From: Chiloscyllium plagiosum | Lineage: Eukaryota | Assembly (NCBI RefSeq): GCF_004010195.1 | Contig: NC_057710.1 | Location: forward strand, 111,112,024-111,176,023 | Length of the DNA stretch: 64,000 nt | Direction of reading: 5' to 3' | Shown here: positions 36,704-50,419 of the stretch, one piece after another | Position numbering within the stretch: position 1 is the first letter of the stretch | Layout of the letters: each line of letters starts with the position of its first letter | Notes under the pieces: model-generated | Database searches by the model: none | What the model was told of the DNA's origin: nothing | The model's input: only the letters and a program-made list of their open reading frames with translations | Made by a program: the position numbers and the translations under genes

Positions 36704-38164
36704 CCCTTTGTTTAATGATATTAGTAAAAATAAAAAATTAAATAGTATCCCACAGAAAGAGTCATCTTATATCTACTGAAAATCTGAGACTGTGGTTTGG
36801 GATAGTGTGAGACACGTAGTATAGCTGTGGCCCAGGTATTATAAGAGAGTTTGGTTTCCACTAGCTTGGTTCCCACAGAGTAATGCCAACAAAAACATCA
36901 CATAGTTTACATTGGCGTTAGGATTTCTTTTCATGAAGGAGAAACATCAGCTGAAAGCTATGGCAAAGTTTCACAGTAGCATGCACTGAAACATCGCTTT
37001 TTTTCTAACAGCTTATAACACCTCTCTTATTATTGCTCGCCTCTTCTTTGGTCCTAGCATTTGTTGGCTCTCAGCAAAAATCCACCTTAAGCTACTACCC
37101 TGGCGAAAACTTCACTCCTCCCTATGGTAGGATGTACTCTTTACAGAGGTTCGCTTTGTTTCTCTGGCACTGCTTCCTCAGGGTAGCAGCGATTCTCTCC
37201 ATTCTATTTTGACCTGATGAAGTGTAAGGAACTTATAAAGGAACAAGCCTTGTCTAAAACAGCCTACGTGGCTGTGCAACATTGACAATAAAGAAGAGAA
37301 AACTGACCTGGAAAAATCTTCAAATGACAATGCCTCCTTTTAACTCTTAGGTAACTGAGCACTTTTCCTTCTTGGGTTAACACACCAAACATTGATAAGT
37401 GTCTTCAAAAGATGTGCTTTGTCTTTTTGAATGCTCTTCTCTGGCCCTACGTGTACTTATTTATCCCAATAGACCAAAATACAACTGACATTCTGAAACA
37501 CTTATTGTTTGTGAACAAAGGAGCAGCTATAAACCCTTGGAACCAAACCTTGAATGTGTTTCAATATTGTATTTCCAATTTAAGAGGCTGATTTTCTTCT
37601 TATTTCTCACTTTCAGTTCTTGTAAAGTTATTGGTGTATCGCACACATGAAATAAAAAGTCGAGAAATCAACAGAACATATTCAAAAACGTACTTTCCAC
37701 TTGCTTTCATAACTTCTTGCTTGAAGGCATCCGAACATTTATGTAAGAGGAAAGAGGTCATTCTGCAAACGTGAACTTAGTTATTCTGTGTTAACAGGCT
37801 ACTGGACCACAGGAAATCCCACTTCTGAATCTGAGCCTGGGCCTGTTCTGACCTCTGACACACCGATGCACTTTCCTTCATCATGTGCGGATAAAAATCA
37901 GTCGCAGCAACTCTGGCTGATTTTTATTATCCTTATTTCAGAAGCACTGTGTTTAACTGTAGGATCTTCGCTGCATCAAACGGAAAAAAGAGAAGCAAAT
38001 AGAACTTGTCCAGCTTCATGTGGGCTAGAAAAGTCAGTATGTTTCCCACTTACTCTCCAAGGTAACACAAACTACTTTTGCATTTTTCTTAAAATTGGAT
38101 ATTCTTGTAATTACCTTATTTTTCAAATAGCTATGTATTCAGGCTGGGGTACAAACTGAAAACT

Positions 38165-38432
38165 TGCTGGGCTTGTAATCTGGAGGCCTGAACTCATAAT
38201 CCAGAGACCACGTCAGTTTGGGAATTTGAGTTCTGTTTTAGAAATCTGTTAAAAATACTGGTAACAGTAAACATACATGTGAAGCTCTCAGGAAACACTT
38301 GACAGGTTCATGAACAACCTTTAGGGAAGAAAAGCTGCGATCATACCTACATGTGACTCCAGCTCTTATCAACACGGTACTAATGCTCAGGATGACCAAT
38401 AAATGCCAGTCTAACCAATAGCATCCATATAC
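38165..38432 (+). mobile_element. Old SINE (second tRNA-SINE family; related copies at 46313-46578 and 61995-62200, both -)
   Basis: GTAATCTGGAGGCC..CCTTTAGGGAAG..CCTACATGTGACTCCAG..GGATGACCAATAAATGC; the tail resembles the 3' end of the LINE at 18824. Confidence 0.55.
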
Positions 38433-40252
38433 TGATTGTAAACTTAATCAGAGATGCTGCACAGTACATTAGGTCAACAAGGCCGTAGATGGTTAACTTG
38501 CTGATATTGACTTTTAGATGGTTTGAGAAAACTTGATTAAAGGAAACACACACATTAATCTGGAAGATCTGATCTCATCACACAAATGGCATTTTCTCAT
38601 CAATTAAACAGCAGTGAGTCTCAAGCAGGAGGAACACAGTTATGTTACGGTTATTGAGGTGGGAGGTCTGAGCACCAGTCACACGGCTTCAGCCAAAACA
38701 AATATCGGAACAGAACCCAGGGCCGTTCAGAGAAATCAAAATCCTTTCTCACAAAACCACAAATAAATCTTCCAATTTCATTTCATTACACTCAAGTAAA
38801 TAATTTGGCCAGAGCAGATGCCAGTTTATTTCCCCTCTAAAAGCTGCATAGCGTCGGCAACTTGCCACAAGGGATATTTTGATTTAAGGAAAGGTTTCTA
38901 ATCATTTAGCAAAGTGCTGTTCAGCCAAGGTTGCCTTTCTGCCATTGAATGTCATTTCTGTCACTATACCAGACAGATGACTAACTACAGAGGAACCCTT
39001 ACCCTAGATCAAAGGGAAGCAGAATCCATTTATAAGGTTCTGCTTTACAGTGTGGCAAGCATCTAGGCAACTTGGCGCTGAAGCAATAAACACTGTATGG
39101 AATGGAATAGAAAATATGAAAACTATATATTGCACAAGTTGTTGAAAGACAGATAAAAGAGATCAAATTCTCTGAAGAAGAGCCAAAATCCTTGAGTCAC
39201 TATATCAGTGCAACAATTCGTAATATCCATCATGATGGCATGGAAATATCCTTACAGAAACATTTCATAAACATTCCCCTCGCCCCTGACCCCCTCCCCT
39301 TATTTTCTTCATAACAAAATCCAGAATTGCTGGCACTCAGTATTGTGTCATTATTTCTATCTTTGCGTTCACAATGAACTTTTCCCCCTGCAGTTGTGCA
39401 GAATTGCTTAAAGTCTACTTTCAGAATCTATGATCTGTCCTCTGAAACTCGAGTGGACTGAATCAACATTAAAGTCTCTGAAATTACATGTCAGTGTACT
39501 TAACTATAAGGTAGTGAAAACTTTAAATTGCAAACACGTATTAAAACCAATATGGGAAAAAAAGGAGACTGGATCTTTTTTGTCAACTGCAAGTCTTAAC
39601 AGTTGCCTTAAAGCAATCCTCTCTTTTCTCAATTGAATATTCTCTAACTGCAGAGAGATTACAAAATGTGTTTTGAACATTTGAACGAGCTGTTCTGTTT
39701 GTTTTATTTGTTTTCCGAGTAGAAGAATTAGTCATGTTGTACCATAAACAGGTTTACCTCAGAGACAAAGCACTGAGACAACTAGCCCCATCTCAAAGCA
39801 GCTTTTCATTTGGATCTCACTTGTACAAAAACATTGCTTGAAGCTAACTCACCTGTTGTACTACCTGCTGCCTCATCACTCTAAAATACGCACATGCAGA
39901 CTTTATATATATAATTATCAGACTCATTTTTTCTTTAAAATGCTTCATAAACTCTCAATTTAAAGTGGGAAAGAAACGACAGAACAGCAAAGTCTCTCAA
40001 AGTCAGCCACAGAAAACCTAGTGCTAATTTCATTCTGGCCGCATTCCACATCAGAGAGATTTGTTTCCTGGCATAAATTAGCTGTTCAACTTAATACATA
40101 AAAAATAATGTTTTGTCCAAATAAAACTGTGGTCCCATGCTTAGCTGCAGCTGCCTAACCAGTGCCTCACCCTGTGTCCTCATTGTTTTTCCTTTTCCCA
40201 TCTCTTCCCCTCCCTCCAAATTAAAAAAAGGCTGCATTTGTAGCCAACACAA

Positions 40253-40266
40253 CCACTAGGTGGAGC
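40253..40266 (+). promoter_or_regulatory. CTCF-like motif
   Basis: CCACTAGGTGGAGC, one mismatch to the core CCASYAGRKGGC, in non-repetitive sequence. Motif match only. Confidence 0.4.
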
Positions 40267-43200
40267 AACACAGGAAGCTGAAAATGCCCACGTTTTGAAT
40301 GGATATAAATATTTAGAGCAGAATCTGTAAATTAAAATAGTTCAAGCTTTGCTGCATTCAGAAATGATCAGCTAAGATATAATTTGCATATTGATTTTGT
40401 TTTCTGTCTGGTTCTATCAGGATGTTAATGAAAGGATACAGGCTCAAGTTCACAATCAATTACTAGCATCAATCTGCTCAATGATCATGTGCAGAAGCCA
40501 ATATAAATCTGAACTTTCAAAAGTTATTGCCTTTCACTCCCACCTACATACATTAAAAGTTATAGGCAGGTTTCAGTCAATGCTGAGTGTAAGAAATGCA
40601 GCTGCTGCACACGAACATAGGTCACAGCAACTGCACTGTGAACAAATATTCCATTAAGAAACCCGTTTGCTGTTGGCAGCCCTTCTATTGTCTTTATGAA
40701 ATGCCGAGTGCCGAGACACAACAATGTCCATGGGAACTTCCATCGAAATACAGGCCAGTCATTGTTCAAGATGCTTGGCAGGTAAATCGAGGTAAGCCAT
40801 TCTGTAATTTCATGCTTTCTCTTTCAAGACACTGCCCTTATCATAGACTTATACAACATAGAAGGAGGCTGTTCAATCCGTCATGTCTGAGCTGCTGGGG
40901 GTAACAAACTAATCTCACTTCATGATCTTTCTCTGTAACCCTGAGCTGACAACAAATGTTTCTGCGGAATGTTCTCATGTCACCTCCATCCAGTGAGCAC
41001 AGGCCCCCCCTAATGACAGTGTGAAGTGCCTCTGGCTGAAAGCTCAGATGTTCCTTAGCTTCCAATAATCACATCATGAAATCCATTGCATAGCGCCATG
41101 AACCACCACTAGAACACTCACTAACAGAGTATGCAAGTGTTTCAGGCTTACTAGGCATTTCAAATAAATCAGTTACAGTTGTGCATCGGTAAATAACATT
41201 TTTCACATGTTAGTACTTGATGCACTCATTGGAAAATACAGCTGAAATCATAGTTTTCTTGCATTTGCTCTAAAGACTGTAACGTCTCTCATTGTGTGAA
41301 GGTTAATTAACAGCAAATACTGCTCCATATACAATGGAACATTTGAAAAAAAAAATTAATCTTACAAAGAATCAATCATTGTTTCAAATTATATTCTGCA
41401 ATCAACCAAGCAATTCCCATCTTTTGGTTGCACCCTTCCAACTACCAAAGAATAAATTTCAGCAAAGAAATTAAAAGGAGTTAAGAAGTCATTGCTCATT
41501 ATTTCGTTTAAGGAATGTCAAAAAAAAAGAGATTAATTTTGGAGAATCACACACCTGGCAGCAGTCCATCTAGGATGCCACTCAGGGATGGAATGACAGA
41601 AGTGAACAGAAAGGAAATGAAGCAACAAATTGTCTTCCTGATGATACAAGTACAAACTAGTTCCCACCGGGAGTCCCAAGAAGTCAACTGGTCTGGCCGG
41701 ACTAAGAGAAAATTCAATCAGGAAGCCAGCCCTACTTTTACAACAGTGTACAAAAGAGAGTCTCAGAACCTGCTGGCAGATGATAGCTGTTACTGTGACA
41801 GGGACAGCTTTAAGTTGGAACATGCTCAAAGAAATGGGACTATCTTTCATGGGGCTGTAATTGGTCCAAGCAATAATAAGTCACACACTTTGAAGGGAAG
41901 CTGCATTTCATTCTTGGCCCAAAACAGCATTTTGCCTCAGCAGACAACTGGCCATCAGCGTTTTATTGCAATAGTGTATCAATTGACCAGGGCACTTGTT
42001 TCTTTGTTTCACATGCCCAGTTTTTCTACAATGCTGCAATGCTTTATTAACATTAAACCACAAACGTGATCACTAAACTCTTCCTGTTGCATTTAACTGT
42101 AATTAAACTTCCATTGCAACATAGAAAGTGGCCTTTCAGGTGACCCCAATTCTTTTATTTCAGAAAACGGCCAAAAAATCAAATTTAGTTTTGAACAAAG
42201 CTTCTGAAACAATGTATTGCAGGCACTGAGATGCAGACTTACACCGTCTATATAGTTTAAACCACTCCCTTGGAAATGTGTGAGTCAAATGTATCAAGGT
42301 GTATTTGTCTATCTTCATGATCAATTTCCAGCTCTGTATCCAAAAAAAGGCTTCTGGGTTATATTGCCTGAGTAATTAATGCTGTACTATAACTGGCTAC
42401 ATTTCATGCTTTCAGTTGAGAAGTTTATTTGATTAAATGATATCAACAGAATGCAGTTAGGTCTTGTGCTCCTGCGGTAAGCTTGCAGTGGTCTTGTGGT
42501 GCAGTGGTAATGTCCCTGCAGTGGTAATCTGCAGTTAAAGCAAGCTAAAGCTTGGTATGGTAGATTAATTGGCTAACGGTGTTTCCGAGGTATTCAAATC
42601 TACATTAAAAGAGTTGGGAAACTAAAGAGCTGAGCAAGCTGGCCAAGACCTGTGGCAGTCATTCAGATGGTAAGACTGGCTCTTAGCTGACATATACTAT
42701 GTAATCGTTTCTCTCTTCTGTTAACATGATGTGAAGGGAGGAAAACAGGATTCTACCACAAATGATAATTTATCTATCTCTTTTCAATCAAGCTTCTTCA
42801 CCCAAGAGAAGTTGATGCCCCAGTTTCAATGTTAGATAACATGGAATGAACAGTGCTACACAATGCTGTAAAGCTTTGACACTCACATTTAGCACAAAAA
42901 TACATCGCATCAAAGACTAGACCAATAATGGGTTAGAAATGGCTCTATGGCTTATTTCTTATAAATTGCTTTTATGCAGTTAGGCATAATTCCTTTGGGT
43001 CCTATTTGAGTAACTGCCTCACATGTTTTAAGCATAGATGGAATTTTAGATTGTGTTAAAATATCAGGAGCAAAAACTTCATTGAAAGTGATAACTGATA
43101 TGGAAAACAGTTACCACAGAAAAAGCTCTATAACACAGTGATTTTTTTTTAAGAGGTTGCCTATCTATTAGAAAAGAGCGGTAGGTCAAACACAAGTTTG

Positions 43201-44122
43201 TCCTGGACACTTGATTTAGACGCATTAAGCTAACTTTAAAATGTATTGTGCACAACAGGAAGCGGGCAGAAGCATTCCAACCATCTTTTCTTGACTACAG
43301 AGCCCAATTTCATGCCCATTTATGTGCAATCCCCTCAAACTGCAGATGACACCATCTGGCCACAGGGACTCACCCAACAGCTGCATCCATTCTAAAAGCA
43401 TGGTTACCACAAACATCTGGGACACCCTTGGCTGCACACATGGTGTCCTTCACAAACTGCAACAAGATTTAGGCAGAGAATTAGATACTTACAAGAAATC
43501 CCAACCAAAACTGTGAGAAACGGGGCGGGGGGGACTATTGACACAGAGCCAAACCAGAAAGAAAGGCTTACACCAGTATGACTTGTCTTCCTCGGCCTCC
43601 ACATCATTATGCTTCAAATCAGTCTGCTCCCACCACAATCAAAACAGCTTTAAAACCAATTATGAGTCCATAGAAATTACCAGGCAAACAGAGGTTTATT
43701 TTTAATCCTGCTGTGTGTTTGCTTTTGTTTTGTTAAGGCAGTAATTATTAGGTTAACCTCAGAGGAGGATGGACCGTCTATTCAGTCTTTCACAAACATA
43801 TGGAAAGACCACAATTCCAGAAGGTGAGCTGGTTGCAGGGTCCATGTAGGTCCATTATTATTGATCATTATCCTTGTGTTCTCTTTTAGTGACTGAACCA
43901 CAGCATAAATGAAATTATTTCAACATTTCAGAGGGTAGGTCACAAATCTGACCCAACAATAAGCTGCAAGCTCAGTGTCCATTAAGATGGTTGATGAGGG
44001 AAGCAGACAATGGTAGAGATGCGAAAAATAGCTTTTGGTGCACAACAGTGAGAATGATAGCTCAAATCTTCAGCTGCTATGTCATACTCTCTTCTGTGGG
44101 ATAATGTTTCCATTCATTCATT

Positions 44123-44457
44123 GGGTGGCACAGTTGCTCAGTGATTAGCACTGCTGCCTCACAGCACCAGAGATCCGGGTTCAATTCCCGCCTCAGGCAA
44201 CTGTCTGTGTGGAGCTTGCACATTCTCCCAGAGTCTGTGTGTTTCCTCCGGGTGCTCTAGTTTCCTCCCACAGTCCAAAGATGTGCAGGTTAGGTGAATT
44301 GGCCATGCTAAATTGTCCGTGATGCTAGGTGCATTAGTCAGGGGTAAGTGTGGGGGGTGGGTATGGGTGGGTTGCTCTTCGGAGAGTCGGTGTGGACTTG
44401 TTGGGCCGAAGGGCCTGTTTCCACACTGTAGGGAATCTAATCTAATCTGAATCTAAT
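44123..44457 (+). mobile_element. Full-length HE1-like SINE
   Basis: A and B boxes, central domain and AATCT tail. Confidence 0.92.
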
Positions 44458-44501
44458 CAACTTCCTCCCACATTTGCAATTGATTTCGGTATTTGCTTGC
44501 G

Positions 44502-44729
44502 CAGGCAGTCCTGGGATTACGAACGGATTCCGTTCTTGAGCACGTTTGCAAATCGATTTGTACACAAGTCGGAAAACAATGCAGAACAATATAAAATCGC
44601 TGTTCGAAAGTACAAGGAAACATTCTTATGTCAAATTTTAAAAATGAATATTAATACATCCCTGTAAGAATCACATTTGTAAGTATGAGCATTTGTAAGT
44701 CGGGCGTTTGAAAATCACAGGGCCACCTG
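44502..44729. mobile_element. Tigger/pogo-like MITE (Tc1-mariner), degenerate
   Basis: Imperfect terminal inverted repeats CAGGCAGTCC..TTACGAACG and CGTTTGAAAA..GGGCCACCTG, with internal TTGTAAGT/AAGTCGG repeats. The TA TSD is not preserved. Confidence 0.55.
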
Positions 44730-44771
44730 CATTATTCCCCAAGTTATTGGAATACTTTTTTATACAATTGG

Positions 44772-45005
44772 GGAAATACTGAGGGACACTGAGGTATCCA
44801 GTCACCAAGTCACTCTTTTTTTTACAACATAGTACCTGACACTGCTCCGGCTTGCTCAGAACCACCTCTCAGAGTGAACAGAACAACTGACATTCTGGTT
44901 TCCATCTATCAACCAGGACTCCTTGGCTGGATCAAATTAACAACCCCAATCAGGGGACTCACATTCTGTGAGGTCCATCTGACTGACCTCATTACATTCA
45001 CTACA
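44772..45005 (-). mobile_element. Probable solo LTR
   Basis: Minus strand starts TGTAGTGAATGTAATGAGGTCAG and is ~235 bp with a CTGATTGG box and a degenerate polyA region. The terminal CA and TSD are not clear; the call rests on recalled resemblance. Confidence 0.4.
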
Positions 45006-45009
45006 GATA

Positions 45010-45943
45010 CTAAGGGAAGTAGGGGTAGAAATTGCAAAAGGGCCAATCATATTCTTACAATCTTCCTGAGATGGGTGGTGCGAGAAGATTGGAGAATTGC
45101 AAATGTTGTACTCTCATTTTTGAATAAAGGGTACAAATATAAGCTCCAGACCAGTCGGTTTAACCTTTGTTGATGGAAAAGCTTTTAGAAACTACTCCAG
45201 TACAAAACCAGCAGTTGCTTGGATAAATATGGATTACCAAGTTGAGGAGAAATAGTGGTTAACTAAATGAATAGAATTTCTTGATGAAGAAAAGAGAAAA
45301 CAGTGTGGATGATATACAGTGAGGTTCACTAGGAACTGGTATTAGGACTACTGCTGTTCTTAATATCAGCTAATAACAAAGAATTGGGCATGCAAGACCC
45401 AATTTCAATAACTGTAAATAACATAAAATTCAGAATTATTGTGAACTGATAGTTACAAACGTCAAGATGATTTAGGCTTGCAAAATGGCCTGATATCCAG
45501 CAGATGAAACATATTGCAGAGAAATTAATGATTCATTTTAATAGGAATAACACAGAAAGGCAATATAGTACAAAGGATACAATTAGGAGCAATGGAATCT
45601 GGGAACTGATGTGCAAAATACATAGACAAACATCCCCCTGTCATCAATTGACCATGAGAGATGGTAATCCTCAGACTATTTAGAACTGAGATGAGGAGGA
45701 ATTTACTCAACTGGGCTGCGGTGAATCTGTGAAACTCAATGCCACACAAGGCTGCGGTGGCCAAGTTAATGAATGTAAATTAAATAGAGATTAACAGGTT
45801 CTTGATTAGGAAGAGGATCAAAGATCCCAGGGATTAGACGGGAGAATGGGGTTGAGAAACAAAATAGCTTTGCTTCAATGATAGAGCAGGCTCAGTGGGG
45901 CTGAACTGCCTACTTCTGCCCCTCTATTTTATGGTCTTATGGT
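45010..45943 (+). mobile_element. Degraded CR1 LINE (RT to 3' tail)
   Basis: VVREDWRIANVV motif; later CR1 3' features (GTGAATCTGTGAAACTC, CCTACTTCTGCCCCT..TTATGGTCTTATGG). Confidence 0.75.
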
Positions 45944-46312
45944 AATTTATTTCCTTGAACATCCAATCAACATGGTGGAGGTGCACCCACAATGCTGTTA
46001 GGAGTTCCAGTGTGGGCCACGTGCAGCTCTTGCTCTGCCATGAGTGCCTCATAATTGTAGTTTTCTATTGCAAGTTGAAACACTGCAAATTACGAAGTTT
46101 CAATGAGGGTACAGCATTCCAAGTTGCATTAAGGCCAACTGGCTATTTCAGATGAATGTTCTGTCCATGGAAAAGTTGTTTTAAAATAGCAACTCGAAAG
46201 CATGAGGTTTAATGGGGCAATCCGTTCCAAATCATTACACAATGCCATTGCCGGTCAGTTAATGACTGAAACAAGCATGAGCATGGATAGATGAGTGTGT
46301 GATCATTTTCTA

Positions 46313-46578
46313 TTCTTTCATGGGATGTGGGCTTCACTGGCAAGGTCTGCAATCAATGCCTATCTTTAATTGCCCTTGACCTTACTTGTTTCCCAGGCCA
46401 TTTCAGAGGAGGGTTAAAAAATTAACCATAATGTTGTAGTTCTAGACATGAAGGTCAGTCCTGAGAAAGAGGATTCCATTGACTAAAGGGCATGAGTGAA
46501 ACAGATGGGTTTTTACAATAATCAATCATAGTTTCATGGGCATTATTGTTCAAATTAACTTCCAAACCTGGATTCCAG
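46313..46578 (-). mobile_element. Old SINE with LINE-derived tail
   Basis: TTCATGGGATGTGGGCTTCACTGGC..TTGCCCTTGA matches 18836-18893; the sequence then diverges from the LINE into a SINE body (CAGATGGGTTTTTACAA). Confidence 0.65.
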
Positions 46579-46780
46579 TGTATGTGTATACGTGTGGATA
46601 TATGTCTGTGCATACAGGTTAGTGTATCAAAGTGCACATGTAGCTGCATGTATGTGTGTGTAGACCAGTGTATATATTGATGTGAGCCATGTACAGGTGT
46701 GAGAATTGACGCGAGTGTATGGCAGTATGTGTGTGCGTCTGTTTGTGTGTGTATATGTGTGTAGGTGTGTATATACATGC
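46578..46780. repeat. Degenerate (TG/TA)n low-complexity tract
   Basis: Alternating purine-pyrimidine GTGT/ATAT runs. Confidence 0.85.
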
Positions 46781-47288
46781 AGACCACGAACACACAGGTT
46801 ATTGGTTTGAGATGAGTGGATAGCTCAGACTTAAACTGACCTAAGATTTTCTATTGTACCGTCAGCTACTGTCATATTTGAGATGCCTGCTTTATTTACA
46901 CAGCCCCCAACTGACAAAGGAGACAGAGTGCATCATAATGAGTACACAATGCTTTTTCAAGATTGTCTTGAAAGCTATTTTGACAAAATCCCTTCTGGCA
47001 GCAATATTTGGATGTATGCTGACAGTCACTGGGGACTGGCACAGATGCGCTTTGTTTAACCATAATGGATTCTCTCTTCTGAGCACTGCGGAGCAAGAAA
47101 AAAAAAGCCAAAGTGCTTTGAATCACTCAGGAGGCAGCATCCGTTTTCAGCCAGGGAGGTACTTCCGCATAAATTAGATTTCCTTTAGAAATGAGACAAG
47201 ATTTCAAATTAAACAGTTCACTCTTCGTTTCAGAATAGTTTGCCTGCAGTGCCAATACAATGATTGGTATCTCGGGAAACCCAGTTCA

Positions 47289-47302
47289 TGCCCCCTGCTG
47301 GT
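47289..47302 (-). promoter_or_regulatory. CTCF-like motif
   Basis: Minus strand reads ACCAGCAGGGGGCA, a full match to the core CCASYAGRKGGC, in non-repetitive sequence. Motif match only. Confidence 0.5.
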
Positions 47303-50300
47303 AATAGAGAAGAAAACACACTTCACCCAATCCCCTGGATCACAAATAAACCAAGATAACGTTTTTTTTTGATAATGGTACTTCTCTATTTTTGCCATGA
47401 GCATTTATTTTCCTTTTTAATTTCACATCATAAATGGAGGGATGGATTTAGACAACAAAAATAGCTATGTAACAATTCCAAGTCAAACTATATATAATTA
47501 GAAGCAGAAACCTGAACAGCACAGAAAAATTACACTGAAATATGTTTAGATATAAGTAAATGTGCATATAGCAATAATTAAAACTATTTTCTAAAATACC
47601 TGTTTAACATCCATGTGGAAAACAACAACTTTATGGAGACTGACTGAAATATCTAAGTTTGGTGCTGGAATTTTCTGTACATAAAGAACCTATGACTGGT
47701 CAACCATTCATCGCGCAGACTATGGCAGCCTGATAGTAAACGAATGAATCTCCTCAAGTGCAAGATGAAACTGAGCTCATTTTAAACCCCCATATAGAAC
47801 TTAATTCAGCGAGGCCTTATCAGATTTGTGTTTATGAGATTTTCATTGTTTACGACGTGCCTGATCATTACAAGTACATTTCCGAGTAATCAAAATATGG
47901 TCATGCACATACTGTGATGTGACAGAAGCATGTAGCCCTGTACAGACATAATGTAATGTTTTCTAATGTGACATGATTTATAATTACTTTCTACATGGTC
48001 TGCAATAATACATGCATTTTGGTTTCTGCAAATGGGTTACTGGAGGTCAGAATATAAATACTAAATGTTTTACATGACTTCAAACATACAGTCACAACAA
48101 AGGCCTCTGGCAAAGCCCTGCTTTGTTTACAGTATCCTAATAAGTTCCACCAAGAATGAAACCAGCAATACGTTTTTATCCCAAATAGCTTTACTACGAA
48201 GTGCACTGTTCAACCCTGTTGTAGAACGCAGCCATATTGGACAATGGCTCTGAAGAAGAGATGAGATGAAAGAAGGAGGTGACACCAAATTGTTGAACAT
48301 CTTGCAGTTCACCAGATATACCATGTGCAATACTGGAATAAGACCTCCAGGGTCTGCACTTTGTGTAACTGCTGTTTGAAATTAAATCACACAAGAGAAC
48401 ACTATTCTTTTTAATGCTGCTGTAAATTCATATCTGTCACTCTCATTTTGATGCCAAAACACTAATGTAATTTTTGCTCCAGTTTCCTAACTTAGAGCTA
48501 TAATATTATGGCCATGACTCAGAAACAATGAATCACATATACTGGTTAACTCCCAAAGTTAGTAATTATCATCCTGATAATTAGTACATGTTGTTTCTAG
48601 TCAGACTGACAATGACCTCACTGTAAAACATGTGGTAAAGGACATGATATAGATCATTTTATATGTTGTCATAATTCATTTGTCATTTTGAATCAAGGAT
48701 CATTGCAGTACTGGTTCATAATCAAACAGCAACACCCTAAGATGTTGAACCCTCCAACAACTAGCACTATGGATCATAAATGTGTAGAAACACATTGGGG
48801 GAATGCTTTTGAATTGCTCTTTCAACTGTTGTTTTAAAAATTATTATTTTGACCCCAAAAGATTTCTCAATGACTTACTTACATTAAATGATCCTACAAA
48901 GTTGGATGACTTTCCGAGCTTGAGTTACATTTTGGGCAGTTTGTAAACATTATGCAAGCTTTTCTCATCATAAATATTCTCCCCACATTATGCTGGTCAT
49001 TTATGGCCCCAAAGTTCAATGGATATGGTGCATCCTTATGTGGTTGATCCAAGTAATAATTTACGATACATCAACCATGATACTGACTCATAGTGAAAGT
49101 ATGAACCAGGCGGTCAATGACACGTTTGTTGAACTGTTCATAAGAAGAACTGGAATTCCCAAATAAATGTTCATTATGTACTACATTGACCTAGTTTAGT
49201 TGCATCAAAACAAATCAAGTTTTAAATTAGCTAGCAAAAAGAATGGCTTCACTATTAATATAGCTGGGTCATCCAAGAATTCCATGTTTTGATTGCAGTT
49301 GTGGAGAGGTGTATCGATAACACCACCTTTGGGACTAAACTGTAGGTGGTCTCTGAATACAGAATGAAGCTTGCGACAATCACAGTTTATGGTTGACAGA
49401 TGGCCCTTCAATTCATACAGTCTTTTATTTTATGTCATCTAAAAATTAATGCATAACAGTAAACTGCACAAAGAAGTAAAACTTAATTAAAAACAAATCA
49501 TTCTTTATTGACATGGTCTTAAGAATTTAGTTTACAAGTTACTTGCCTGGTACTTAACCTTCTCGCTTTATAGGGAATACATGGGGGCATGGCATATATA
49601 CAGAATTTTACAGTAAATAGGAATTAAAAAGAAAAATATGCATTTTCACCCCTCCTATGGGTGTTGTGGTTTTAAGTCATTCTTTCCAACTATATTTTTC
49701 TACTATATTCTTCTAGCTGTGAGGTCCTTTCCATTCACCACACCCAACCACAACTGTCAGAGCAAGACAATTTTCTCACATAAACTACCAAAGAATGACG
49801 TGAATCTAAATGTCTTAACTGATTTTCTTTTCCTTTCTTCACCTTCTCAGGAGAATGCTTCTTGTTCTTTTTGATACCTGTGTTAAATTTCCCACCTAGG
49901 ACAAACCTTTACACAGCTATGAATAATTTTGTGGTGTGAACATATAAACAAGCAACCAAAATGTACATTATTAAGATTTCTACCAGGCGTTGAGAAAAAG
50001 AGAGAGATTTTCATTCATTTTTATATGTGGATTCGATCCAATTCCTGAATCCAGGAATGAAAGAACAATTCAATCTAAATCCACTAATCTTACAGATAGC
50101 TAAGTTATTGAATGTAACATTGTTACAGAATTTATGAGTGATCATCAAAATAAAGCACTTTAATATCAAGTTATGTTCGTATAACTAGTGTAAAAGATTT
50201 GCAGAAATTGTCACTTGTTATTGCAAAAGATAAAGATCTCCCAATGACTTATTGGTTAAAAAAAAACCAAGTGATGTGACATTGATTTATATAGACTATA

Positions 50301-50419
50301 AACTTCAGTACTTAGCTAATCTCAAATAAGGAAGTGGTGAGACACCACATTTTGGTTTGGGACCCATTTAGACAAGGAAAATAAGGACACACAGACTCTA
50401 GCTGGTACAGGCACATCCC

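Noticed and set aside
37012-37126. Plus-strand exon-like segment (TTTTTTCTAACAG|..TATG|GTAGGA)
   Set aside because: Two frames are open with no recognisable peptide, the donor is weak, and no partner exons were found.
41515-42069. 184-aa + strand ORF and overlapping 105-aa - strand ORF
   Set aside because: No recognisable motifs and no supporting promoter or splice evidence; cannot be supported as CDS without a homology search.
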